NCBI GenBank assembly: GCA_002069705.1
Contig: MWBV01000001.1
Span: forward strand, 21,768-85,767
Direction: 5' to 3'
Length of the DNA stretch: 64,000 nt
Source of the DNA: Candidatus Diapherotrites archaeon ADurb.Bin253
Lineage (GTDB): Archaea > Nanobdellota > Nanobdellia > Pacearchaeales > GW2011-AR1
The position numbers and the translations under genes are program-made. Positions within the stretch are counted from its first letter, which is position 1; the number at the start of each line of letters is the position of its first letter. The notes under the pieces were generated by a model. The model ran no database searches and was not told the origin of the DNA. It saw only the letters and a program-made list of their open reading frames with translations. This document shows, piece after piece, positions 8,567 through 18,800 of this stretch.

Positions 8567-11500
8567 TTAAGAAGAAGGACTACTACTGTTTTCTGTTTCT
8601 ACTTTCTTTTCTTCTATTTTCTTTTTCTTTAATTCTTCTTTTTCATATATCTCCCTAGCTTTCTTTGCTTCTTCTACAGATTTCTGAATTTCTGAAGCAT
8701 CTAAAAGTTTCTTTTCTGCTTTCTTAGGTTTCTTTCCTATTTTTTCCCACTGTTTTTGTAATCTTGGGCCTAAACCTTCTACATATATATCTACTACTGA
8801 AAAATTACCTGTCATAAGTTTATCTTTAATTAACTTTAATTCCATCTTTAAATCAAAAATATCCACCTTTTCTTTTTCCAACTGATTTATTTGATTCTCA
8901 AAATCATCTATTATCTCGTTATATTTATTATACTTTCCAAGTTCTTCATCTGAAAGTCTTCTTGTGTTGTGTAAAATAGGTCTAAAATTAACAAAGTAGG
9001 GCTTACCTTTATTATATTCTGCATTTTGAAACATAGCTACTCCAACTTCTGCTCTAACAAGAGATTTCAAAAATTCTTCTCCATATTTTGTTTTAATTCT
9101 TTCTAAATCAGATTCTTCAATTGTTCTTGTTTGGATTTCTGTGTTTATGTTTGCTTTAACTTCTCCTACAAAGTCGCTTAAAACCTGAGAGATTAGAATA
9201 ACGCCCATCCCCCATTTTCTAAATTCTCTACATGCTCTTTCTATTTGTAAAAATCCTTCTCCACTACCTCCAAATTTTGAAAGTAATCTGTGTACTTCGT
9301 CAAATACCAATAAAACCTTAAGCTCCTGTGCTTCTTTAGGATCTGACTTAAATATTTGTCTTATAACACTTGCAATAAATATATCAATATCTTTAGGATC
9401 TAATTTATTTAATGCGAGTATCTGTATTTGTCCTGGATTAATGTATTTTTCTACCTCTATTATTTCTCTTGCGTGATTTATTTGTCGTATATTTCCTGGA
9501 AAACCTCTAGCATCACTAGGTTTTAGTCCGAACTTAGGGTAGAATGACATCATTCTTTTATCTTCACATTTTCTAAGCATACCTGACCACTGAGCTGTTG
9601 GGTCAAATACAATTACTGCAACATTTTTCATTAAAGCTTCTTCAACTAAAACTTGTGCAGAAATACTCTTACCCATACCTGTAGCTCCTGCAACTATTGC
9701 GTGTGTTTTTAATTTTTCTGGTTCTAAGTACACAAAAGTTTTTGATTCTGCAATTAATCCCAATTTAAAGAATTTTTTATCTGCTTTTGGAAGAGTAGAT
9801 AAATCTAAGGAAATTCTGTACCTCTTTCTTTTTTCTTTGTATCTTTTGTACAAAAATAAATTCAAAAAAATGAAACTAATAAAGAAGAGTGCTGCAAAGA
9901 AAATCCAAAGAGGAATTCCTAAAAAAGAATATAAATAAATTGGCTTACGGACAGAAAAGGGAGCTGTAACACTAGAAGAGAATCCTAAATACTTTGCTCT
10001 AACAATAAATAGATAATCTCCTTCAGAAAAATTAGAGGGTATTTTTATTTGATCAACTATTGACAGAGATTTTTTTATTTCTACTTCTTGGGTTTCACTA
10101 AAATATATTGTGGAATCTTTTTCCCCCATAATTAATTTTTCTAAAGTAACCTTGTATTCTTGATTCACCAACAAATTTTGAAGGGTCAATTTGTAGTTTA
10201 AATTTTCTCCAGGATTAACTACTTCTCTAAATAAATCTAAGGTTATCAACAATGTTTCTATAGGAACCTTTTTTTCTATGACCTTAACTGTAATAGGTAT
10301 TTCTTTTTCAATATCTCCAGATATTTTTAAAGAACCCTCATAAGTTCCAATAGGTTTAGTACCATAAAAAGTCAAAATCAATTCATCTCCTTTTCCAGGT
10401 TCAATAAGCATAGCATCTCTATTTAATTTTACAAAATCCGATAGTTCTGGTGATAGAGTAAACAACATATTCATATTTTCTAGTTTGAAGTTATAAACAC
10501 CTATTGTGTCTTCTACAAATGTATTTTGTCTTATCTCTTTGAATATCTCTTTTGTGCTAACCCAATAATCTTCTCCTGTCCTTTGTACCTCTTCTATAAT
10601 CTGTTGCATATCTTCTCCTGGCTCTTCATCATATGGTCCAGTTGGAAATTGATTATTTGTTGTACCTAGATTAACCAAAGTCATTGTTATATTATGATTT
10701 AAAGAAGTAGTATTTGAAGAAAAGTTTAATATGCTATAATAATTATTAAATCCAGGACTTGTTGAGATAATTGGATGCTGTTGCGGAGTTATCTCAGATA
10801 CTAAAGAATAAAAACCATTAGCATCTGTATGAGTAGTTTCTCCTCCAAGGTAAACTGTTGCAGAATCTATTGGATTACCTGCTTCATCTAAAACATAACC
10901 CCAAACAGTTGGATAAATTGTGATGCTAATGCTTGGTGTGTGTGGATTCATAGTTATATTTTTATTGAAGATATAATCTGTGAAATTAACTGTTATATTT
11001 GAAAAGTATTCGTCATACCCCTCTCCATAAGCAATAAGATTGTGAGTTCCTTTTAGAAGATCAACTGAAAGATTATAAAATCCTGTTGAATCTGTAACTA
11101 CACTAATCCCTGCTATAACAACAGTTATATTCTCGATAGGCATTCCACTAAGATTAGTCACATGGCCATAAATATTAGTAGAAATTACCTCTCCCATTCC
11201 ACCCTCAGGACATATGTCATATGGGTCTGTAAAAAAATAATATCTTTCTGTTGAAAGTTCTCTTGTTGGGAGAAGCATCTGAAAATTAACTATACTCTCT
11301 TCCTTATATCCTTTTTGTAAATCTTCTACATGTGTTACATAAACTAAGTTTTCTGAGTCATTTAATACTCCTATATCAAATATTCCCTTTTGACCATCCC
11401 ACCTATAAGTATGTGTAGAAGGTATATTCGTTATATTTCTTGATCCTACCATTACCCACATATTGTCTGTAAATGTTTTGGATGCATAGGTACCATCATC

Positions 11501-11965
11501 ACATCCTGTCCAAGCGTCTATTTGAGATATTGTGGCTGGCATTAAAGAATCAAAATCTATTGTTGGAGAAGTTGAAGCATAAATTTCTCTTCCTCCTACT
11601 GCATCTTGTTGCATACAATCAAAAAATAATGCTATATCTGAAATCTCTCCCCCCTTTAATTCTTTGGAAGGAGCTTCAGAATAACCTGGAACTCTTATAG
11701 CTAACCCATACAAACCATGCCAAAATCGTGTTTGAAATTTTAAGGTAACATTCAATTCGCTTATATATCCTGCTTCTGAAGGAATATATGTTGAAAAACC
11801 TGTCGAGATTAAATTTGTTGCAAATAAAATTATTACAACTAAAGTAGAAAAAAGTGCAAACAGTAACAAGAAAAATTCTAAAACCTCCTCATTTTTCCTG
11901 TTTTTTAATTCTTTCTTTACTATTTTTAAAGCACTATTAGAAGATATATTACCTCTCTTACTCAT
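8567..11965 (-). CDS. Single-pass membrane protein: large extracellular domain (CarboxypepD_reg-like and beta-sandwich repeats) fused to a cytoplasmic HerA/VirB4/FtsK-superfamily P-loop ATPase
   Basis: 1132 aa. N-terminal anchor FFLLLFALFSTLVVIILFATNLI, then ~600 aa of N-glycosylation-rich ectodomain with repeats such as GYVLDEAGNPIDSATVYLGGETTHTDANGFYSL. A second TM IPLWIFFAALFFISFIFLNLFLY is followed by Walker A HAIVAGATGMGKS and a DEAH-like Walker B LLVFDEVHRLL. Confidence 0.7.
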   Translation of the reverse strand: MSKRGNISSNSALKIVKKELKNRKNEEVLEFFLLLFALFSTLVVIILFATNLISTGFSTYIPSEAGYISELNVTLKFQTRFWHGLYGLAIRVPGYSEAPSKELKGGEISDIALFFDCMQQDAVGGREIYASTSPTIDFDSLMPATISQIDAWTGCDDGTYASKTFTDNMWVMVGSRNITNIPSTHTYRWDGQKGIFDIGVLNDSENLVYVTHVEDLQKGYKEESIVNFQMLLPTRELSTERYYFFTDPYDICPEGGMGEVISTNIYGHVTNLSGMPIENITVVIAGISVVTDSTGFYNLSVDLLKGTHNLIAYGEGYDEYFSNITVNFTDYIFNKNITMNPHTPSISITIYPTVWGYVLDEAGNPIDSATVYLGGETTHTDANGFYSLVSEITPQQHPIISTSPGFNNYYSILNFSSNTTSLNHNITMTLVNLGTTNNQFPTGPYDEEPGEDMQQIIEEVQRTGEDYWVSTKEIFKEIRQNTFVEDTIGVYNFKLENMNMLFTLSPELSDFVKLNRDAMLIEPGKGDELILTFYGTKPIGTYEGSLKISGDIEKEIPITVKVIEKKVPIETLLITLDLFREVVNPGENLNYKLTLQNLLVNQEYKVTLEKLIMGEKDSTIYFSETQEVEIKKSLSIVDQIKIPSNFSEGDYLFIVRAKYLGFSSSVTAPFSVRKPIYLYSFLGIPLWIFFAALFFISFIFLNLFLYKRYKEKRKRYRISLDLSTLPKADKKFFKLGLIAESKTFVYLEPEKLKTHAIVAGATGMGKSISAQVLVEEALMKNVAVIVFDPTAQWSGMLRKCEDKRMMSFYPKFGLKPSDARGFPGNIRQINHAREIIEVEKYINPGQIQILALNKLDPKDIDIFIASVIRQIFKSDPKEAQELKVLLVFDEVHRLLSKFGGSGEGFLQIERACREFRKWGMGVILISQVLSDFVGEVKANINTEIQTRTIEESDLERIKTKYGEEFLKSLVRAEVGVAMFQNAEYNKGKPYFVNFRPILHNTRRLSDEELGKYNKYNEIIDDFENQINQLEKEKVDIFDLKMELKLIKDKLMTGNFSVVDIYVEGLGPRLQKQWEKIGKKPKKAEKKLLDASEIQKSVEEAKKAREIYEKEELKKKKIEEKKVETENSSSPSS

Positions 11966-12077
11966 TTAATAATCGTGTAAAGAAAATTAATAAAGTTTCC
12001 TATACAAAAACAAACATAAGTTTACCAAAAAGTATTTAAAGAATTTCCGGTTTTTCATGAAATAAAAGAAGTGAAAA

Positions 12078-12908
12078 ATGGCCATAACAAAAATTTTTAA
12101 AAAAGGTAAAGTGCCAGATGAATTGCCAGACCTTGCAATAGATGAATTAAAAAAAGAATTAAAAAAAGATTATTCTGAAAAAGAAGAAAAATTAGAGGAA
12201 GTTCCTGAAAAGAAGGAAGAAACACAACAGGAAGAAAAAGAAGAAATTCAACAAGTTGAAGAAAAAGATAGTCAAGAAGAGAGTGAAAATGAAGTAGAAG
12301 AATCTGAAGAAAGTCAAGAAGATGTTCAGCAGGATGAAGAATCTGAAGAGAGTGAAGTAGAAAAAGAGATAGAAGAGGAAGAATCTGAAGAGAGTGAAGT
12401 AGAAAAAGAGATAGAAGAGGAAGAATCTGAAGAACCAGAGAGAGAAATTAAACTAGAAAAAAGTTTTTTTGCTCCTCTTTTAATTGAGTTAAAAAAAGAG
12501 AATTTTGACCCAGAAAAAATTAATAGTTGGTATGAGAAAAAGTCTTCAGAAAAGAATACGATAGATGGTATGAGAGAATATTGGGAAAAGCAAAAAGATA
12601 ATTTTATTACAGAGAGTGTAAAAAAAGAGTTCAAAAACAGGATTTATAAGAGTATGGAACATCTTCAAAAATTAGAATCAGAATGGCAAGTTTTAGAAAC
12701 AAAAAGGCAAGAAATTCAATTAAATTTAACTAAAAAAGAGGAAGAGATTAAAAAAGAGGAAGAAAAAATAAAATTAACAATAAGGGAATTTTCAAAAATA
12801 TCAAAGGAAAAGGTTAATGTCAAAAAAGAAAATAAAAAAAGACCAAAAAACACTAGTAAAGGTTCAGAGAAAAAAGGAAATCTTAAAAAAGAGCGTAAAT
12901 CTAAATAG
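12078..12908 (+). CDS. Highly acidic low-complexity protein with tandem EEESEESEVEKEIEE repeats and a K-rich C-terminus
   Basis: 276 aa. The 45-nt unit at 12336..12380 is repeated at 12381..12425, with a partial third copy. Confidence 0.45.
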   Translation: MAITKIFKKGKVPDELPDLAIDELKKELKKDYSEKEEKLEEVPEKKEETQQEEKEEIQQVEEKDSQEESENEVEESEESQEDVQQDEESEESEVEKEIEEEESEESEVEKEIEEEESEEPEREIKLEKSFFAPLLIELKKENFDPEKINSWYEKKSSEKNTIDGMREYWEKQKDNFITESVKKEFKNRIYKSMEHLQKLESEWQVLETKRQEIQLNLTKKEEEIKKEEEKIKLTIREFSKISKEKVNVKKENKKRPKNTSKGSEKKGNLKKERKSK

Positions 12909-12911
12909 TTA

Positions 12912-13217
12912 ATGAAGAAAAAAAGAAAGGCGAATAAACTTTTAACTATAATCTATATTTTAGTTGCTATTTTAGTAATTCTATTAATTATTGATTTTAA
13001 AGTCTGGAAATACTTAGAAAAAAAAGAAGTGAAAGTAATAGATATCCAAGACAAATGTACTCCTTTTTTAAATAATTTAATTCATACTATAAAAGACGAA
13101 TCAATCTGTGAGAATTCTTGTAGGGCAGAGTGTGTTATGAGAGATATGAATCTCTATAAATCAGAATTTGTGCTTAATCTAGAAACATGTAATAGTTGTA
13201 AGTGTTATTGTAAATAA
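12912..13217 (+). CDS. Small membrane-anchored Cys-rich protein
   Basis: 101 aa. TM segment LLTIIYILVAILVILLII followed by eight Cys, including a C-terminal CNSCKCYCK. Confidence 0.35.
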   Translation: MKKKRKANKLLTIIYILVAILVILLIIDFKVWKYLEKKEVKVIDIQDKCTPFLNNLIHTIKDESICENSCRAECVMRDMNLYKSEFVLNLETCNSCKCYCK

Positions 13218-13218
13218 A

Positions 13219-13833
13219 ATGAGAGACTTAGAAGAGGAATATGCTGAGAGAATTGAAGAAGAAGGAGAAATATTATTAGAGGGGTTAAGAAATCAGAAAA
13301 GTCTTGCTGAATTAGAAAAAGAGTATTCTAAACGTGTAAAGGAAATAAGGAGAGTATATGAAAAATCAGTAAAAAAGGAGATGTTAAAAAAAGAAGTATT
13401 TCAGAAGAGTGAAAAGAAAGAGGAGAGTAAAAAGAAAGAAGAAGTATTTGAAGTTGAAGGTGTAGAACTTGAAAAGAATTGGTTAGAAAAAAAGCACCTT
13501 AAGCTAAAACTAACAACTTACAAGATTAAAAGAAATTTAGTAAATTTTATTTATAAGATAACTCCAAAATTTATAATTTATAGATATTATAGGAACAAAA
13601 GAGTAATTTCTGATTTTAAAAAAGAGGTTAAAGGTTTTTTTAGAAGAAGAAAGGAAAAAATATCTGACTTTGTTACTAAATTATTAACCCACATCAAAAA
13701 AGGAGGATCATCAATAAAGAATAATTTAAAAAAGATTATGGGAGTGTTTAAATTTAGTAAAAAAAGTAAACAATCCACTAAAACAAATGAAAATGGAACA
13801 AAAAATGCAGAAAATAAAGACAAAGGCGAATAA
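13219..13833 (+). CDS. Charged (E/K-rich) hypothetical protein
   Basis: 204-aa ORF starting 2 nt after the previous stop. Low complexity. Confidence 0.35.
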   Translation: MRDLEEEYAERIEEEGEILLEGLRNQKSLAELEKEYSKRVKEIRRVYEKSVKKEMLKKEVFQKSEKKEESKKKEEVFEVEGVELEKNWLEKKHLKLKLTTYKIKRNLVNFIYKITPKFIIYRYYRNKRVISDFKKEVKGFFRRRKEKISDFVTKLLTHIKKGGSSIKNNLKKIMGVFKFSKKSKQSTKTNENGTKNAENKDKGE

Positions 13834-14176
13834 AGAGGATTATCTGGATAAAGTAAAAAATCCAAAATTAAAAGAAATGGCATTAATCCTAGAATCTAAA
13901 GGGATAATGAAGGTGAAAAAAATAAATTCAGAAGCTGATGCAGAAGAAATTATAAAACAAGAGATGAAAGATTCTCTACAAAATAAAATACAAGACCTCA
14001 ATGAGACATTTTCTGAATTAAGAAAAAGAGGAATTGACCTAAGCATATTCAATTTCAAATTAGTTATTTTGCCACTAAAGTTAAAAGTTTTTTTAGCTAC
14101 TTATGAAAAAAAAGATTTAGAAAATATTTTAAAGAGAATAGATGAAATTGATAAAGAAATAAAAAAATACAAATAA
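13787..14176 (+). CDS. Hypothetical coiled-coil protein
   Basis: 129-aa ORF overlapping the previous ORF; K/E-rich. Confidence 0.3.
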   Translation: MKMEQKMQKIKTKANKEDYLDKVKNPKLKEMALILESKGIMKVKKINSEADAEEIIKQEMKDSLQNKIQDLNETFSELRKRGIDLSIFNFKLVILPLKLKVFLATYEKKDLENILKRIDEIDKEIKKYK

Positions 14177-14178
14177 AC

Positions 14179-15852
14179 TCAATCATCTTCTTTTTCTCTT
14201 CTTCTAGCTATAATAAATAATATTATGAAGAATATTATTATGAAAATCAACATAAAGATTATATAAGTTAATAGCTTAAATCTTTGATACTTTAATTCGA
14301 AGGTCTTACTAAATATATTAACCAATGAATCTTTTCTTTCTCCATAATATGCAATAACATTAACAAAGGGGTTATTTTCTAAATCTGATTCTGTAAGTCT
14401 TTCATATACAAATATCTTTTTAGAGCGTTTTGGGAATATCTTTTCTGGAGCATCGCTTCCTAGGGTTTGTTTTAATCTATTTATTTTTATATCTTTTAAT
14501 TCGATACTTACCCAGCACTCAACATCTCCTATGTTTTTTACCTTAACTATAAATGCTTTATCCTGTAGATTGTACCTTAACTTTTTTATGTCTAATTCGC
14601 ACCTGTCTAAAATATTAACTATTTGAACATCATAAGTTCCTTGAAAAACCCTATCTAAAGAAGTAGGGGTTTCTCCATATAACACATAAACCTGAGCTGA
14701 AAGATTCTCATCTGGAACATTTACACCTTCGTAAATAACTGTTTTAAAATCTCCTGGGGCTATAAATATTTCTTCTAAGTCTCCTACACGAATATTTCCA
14801 GAAGAAGTGATAAGAGTTATTGTTCCTTTGAAATAAGCAGGCATGTTTGAGTTACTTATATATGTTACTTCTAAAGTTGAAGTAGCTTTATTATATTTTA
14901 TAGAATGAATAGAAAGATTTAGATTTGGAACAGGTATGTAAAATAAATCAAGGCCTTCAACAGGGGATACTCCAGATGTCTTTTCACGCGCGCTTCTGGC
15001 AAATTTAACCATAACATTAATACCTGTAGATTGTCTTATATTTGTAGCAGCCCCTATCAGTTCATTTCCGATTAAAACTCCTATTTCTATATCTGAAGAT
15101 TTGATGTAATCTGCAATTTTGGTTGGAACATTTTCACTTCCTGTAAAAAGCAAAGTGTTTTTTCCCTGCATTATCTCCTTTTCAATAAATTCTCCGTTAC
15201 TTAAAATAATTTGAGATATTGAACCTACTTCAGAATATTTTTTTACCATATTTATATTATCTTGGAATCTGTCTCCACTGTTTATTATTTCTGGATTGTA
15301 TTTAGCTAATGTTTCTGTAACTTCTGAATCAACATATCCATATAAAACCAAATTATTGACACCTCTAATTTCAAGTATTGCGTCTATATCATCTATATTT
15401 ACTCTATTTGCCAAAAACACCCATGAATCAGTTGCAAGGGCATAAGCTACAACAGCCATAGAATTATATCCAAAAGAATCTCCAACAACTATAAAATTTT
15501 TTATTTCTGGTAATTTATCTATTAGTTCCAAATTAGCTGAAGAAACCTCAATTTCTTCTACAGGGTCAAATCCTTTGGATTTTGCCAAACTAGGGTAATT
15601 AAATACTAAAGGATTATTTTTTGAAGATACTATCAACAAGTTATAATCTTTGTTTATCCCATTAAGTAAGATAGGTCCATGAGCAGTACTTACTAAAAAG
15701 TCTGATTCTATTCCTTTAAGATTTGCGTACATTATGCTTGAATAAACATCTTGCCAATTTTCAGAATTAGAAATAACATAATTTGGAGCAGCAAAAACAA
15801 AAGGTACTAAAAAAAAGCAAAAAACAACTGCAATAGATAATCTCTTTTTCAT
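14179..15852 (-). CDS. Surface protein with signal peptide and C-terminal TM anchor
   Basis: 557 aa. N-terminal signal MKKRLSIAVVFCFFLVPFVFA. C-terminal LLTYIIFMLIFIIIFFIILFII followed by a short basic tail RRREKEDD. Confidence 0.55.
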   Translation of the reverse strand: MKKRLSIAVVFCFFLVPFVFAAPNYVISNSENWQDVYSSIMYANLKGIESDFLVSTAHGPILLNGINKDYNLLIVSSKNNPLVFNYPSLAKSKGFDPVEEIEVSSANLELIDKLPEIKNFIVVGDSFGYNSMAVVAYALATDSWVFLANRVNIDDIDAILEIRGVNNLVLYGYVDSEVTETLAKYNPEIINSGDRFQDNINMVKKYSEVGSISQIILSNGEFIEKEIMQGKNTLLFTGSENVPTKIADYIKSSDIEIGVLIGNELIGAATNIRQSTGINVMVKFARSAREKTSGVSPVEGLDLFYIPVPNLNLSIHSIKYNKATSTLEVTYISNSNMPAYFKGTITLITSSGNIRVGDLEEIFIAPGDFKTVIYEGVNVPDENLSAQVYVLYGETPTSLDRVFQGTYDVQIVNILDRCELDIKKLRYNLQDKAFIVKVKNIGDVECWVSIELKDIKINRLKQTLGSDAPEKIFPKRSKKIFVYERLTESDLENNPFVNVIAYYGERKDSLVNIFSKTFELKYQRFKLLTYIIFMLIFIIIFFIILFIIARRREKEDD

Positions 15853-15886
15853 ATTAGTAGTTTTAAAAGAATATATTTAAAACTTT

Positions 15887-18800
15887 CTAGGATTGAGTAT
15901 ATAATGAATCTTGTGTAACTGAAACTTCGTACCCTTTTTCTGGTTCAAGTACAAAATTTAATCCAAAATATGGGGGCATTGAAGAATAATTATTTTTTAT
16001 ATATCCTTCAGAAATTTGACTAAATTCGTTCCAATTAGTTACCGAGTCTGCATAAGAAATGTTATTAATTAAATCAAATGCATCTTCTAATGAAGAATTT
16101 GCATATAATGAAATCCAATTTTTACCATAAAAAGTACTTGAAGATAAGTTTGTAAAAAGCATAATATTTACTTTATCTTTTACTGTTCCAACTAGGCTCC
16201 AATTAGTGAATTCTGAAGAATGAGGGTTAAGATTAACTTCATAACCTGCCCCTTCTTGTAGATTAAAATTACAATTTGTTTCGGTACAGCTTGGAAAATT
16301 TGGACAAGAAAATTCGTTGCAAGTAACTTTTCTTTGTAGAGTACTATTCCACATTGTAAATGCTGTAATATTATTTATGAAATTAAGAGAATTATTTGCA
16401 TCATCTAAATTACTATTATTCAAATAAAACCCAAGCCAATTTTTATTATTTATTTCATCTTTTCTCTTTAAATAGTAAACTGTTTTACCCAGAGCGATAT
16501 TACTGAAATTTTCTCCTGTTGGATTCCAATTAGATAATTTATAAAATCTTCTTCTTGTAGAATTAGCAAAATTATCAACATAATTAGTTTTGTTTGTTTG
16601 TGCTAAAAAAGAGAATTCTTCTTTCAAATCATCTGTATAATATATTTTATAATAGTCTGAATGATTTGCAGGTTCCCAATCTATAATTACTTCTCCTGTT
16701 CCATCGTCATTAGTTTGGGAGATGGTTATTAAAGAGGAATTTGGAGATTCTGGAAAGAAAAATGCTGCAAAAGTAAAGTTAGTAGAATTAAATGCAAAAT
16801 TTCCAGAATTATCATAGCATAAAACATTCCAAAGATAATGCCCTTCTCCAACCATCTCTTTATTGTAAAAGCTTAATGAAGTTTTCTTTTGAGGATTTAA
16901 AAATGTCTCATTAATATGCCAACCCCCTGCCCAATCTCCATATAATGTGCAATTAGATATTTCGTTTAAATCATCTACAGAGAAATTTAAAAAAGGTATT
17001 AGTGTCCCTGAAAAATTTAAGTAATTACCTGATAATAAATTTACTTCTGGAGGAATTGTATCTAAATTTATTCTTCTTGTTTCTGTAAAATTATAGTTTC
17101 CTACAATATCAAAAATAGTTACATTGAAAAGATAAGAGTTATCCTCTAAAGAAGTTAAATTAATACTTCTGCTAGAATCTGTAAAGGTTGTTGAATTTTT
17201 TAGAGTGTTATTTATGTAATATAGATTAAATGTAATATTTTTAAGATTCTTTTCAACTACTGAGACATTTAGATAAATCCAATTTTGAGAACTATTTGAA
17301 TTATTTTCTGGAGTTGGAAAAACATAATCTATTAAGGGAGATACAGAATCTGTTATAACCATCTCTGTTTCATTATAATAAGCAGTGTAGTTTTGTGTAT
17401 CTGTTCTCAGCATTGAAAAATTATAAACTCCATAAACTAAGGATTGTTCTGAATTATTTGGAATTAGGGTTCCGTTTCTGTATAAATTAAAAGAAGAAGT
17501 ACAATTAGCCCATACTCTAAATGTTTCTGTAGAATCTATAGGAGAACTTACATTAAACAAAACTTGACAAATTTCTGGATTTTTATTTATTGTAAAAAAG
17601 GAATCTGTATAAGAAAAAGAATAATTCAGTGTATCTGTTCTGTATGCAGAAAAGTTATAAGATCCAACACCTAACTTTTGTTCTGAATTGTTTGAAATTA
17701 TTATTCCGTCTCTATATAATCTAAAAGGAGATGTTGAATTAGTATAAACTCTAAATGTCTCTGGGTAAGTTATTGGAGAAGATGTATTAAATTGTACTTT
17801 AAATTGTTCTGTATTTTTTTGAATTATTAAATTCTCTGTATCTAAATTTGAATGAGAAGTGTAATTTGCACCTCCTGTTGTGTTAAGAATATAATTATAA
17901 AATCCTGCTCCCAATGTAATTGTTTCTCCAGTATTAATATTTGTATTATTTCTATATATTCTATAAATTAAATCAGAATCTCCTTGGAGATGATTTGTTG
18001 AAGAAATTGTTGTGCTTGTAGGATAAGTTAATTCCCATCCTGCAGAACTTGAAAGAGTTGCTGTAGGAGTTCCCTTATTTACTATGAAAAATTCTGAGGA
18101 AAAGAAATTTGTATAGTTTTGTGTATCTGTTCTTTGTACAGTTATGTTGTAATATCCAGCTCCAGAATTTATTATTGAATTATTTGGGATTGAAGTTCCA
18201 TTTCTATAAATTGTGTAAGCTGAAGAACAGTTTGTATAAACAATGAAAGTTTCTGGATATGTTATTGGGCTTAAAGTATTGAAATAAACTCCGCAATCAT
18301 AAAAAGTTGATTTGTTTACTTGAACTGTGTAGATTGTCCAATTAATGTTGTTTGAAGAATCATTTATTGAAACATTAATCGCATAATTTCCTGCTGCGAG
18401 CGAGGTTGAGTTTGAAAGATATCCTGTTTGATTTATTGAAAACCTGGTATCGTTAATTTTGTAAAATCCAAAATTGATATTATCTGTTGCATCAAAGTTA
18501 ACTCCTAAAGATTGATTTTTATAAAACAAAGAGGCATTGTTTGGAATTTGTGTAAAATAAGGGGGAGTTACATCTAACAATTCATCGATTGTAAAATAGC
18601 TATAATCGTAAGTATATGAAAAATTCTGTGAATCTAATCTAAACATTGAAAAATTGTAAGTTCCTGCAGCCAATTTTTGTTCAGAATTGTTTAAAATCTC
18701 TGTACCATTCCTATACAATGTAAATGGAGAGGTACAGTTTGCCCAAACTTGAAATGTTGCTGGATAATTTATTGGAGAAGTTTCATTGAAAAATATCTCG

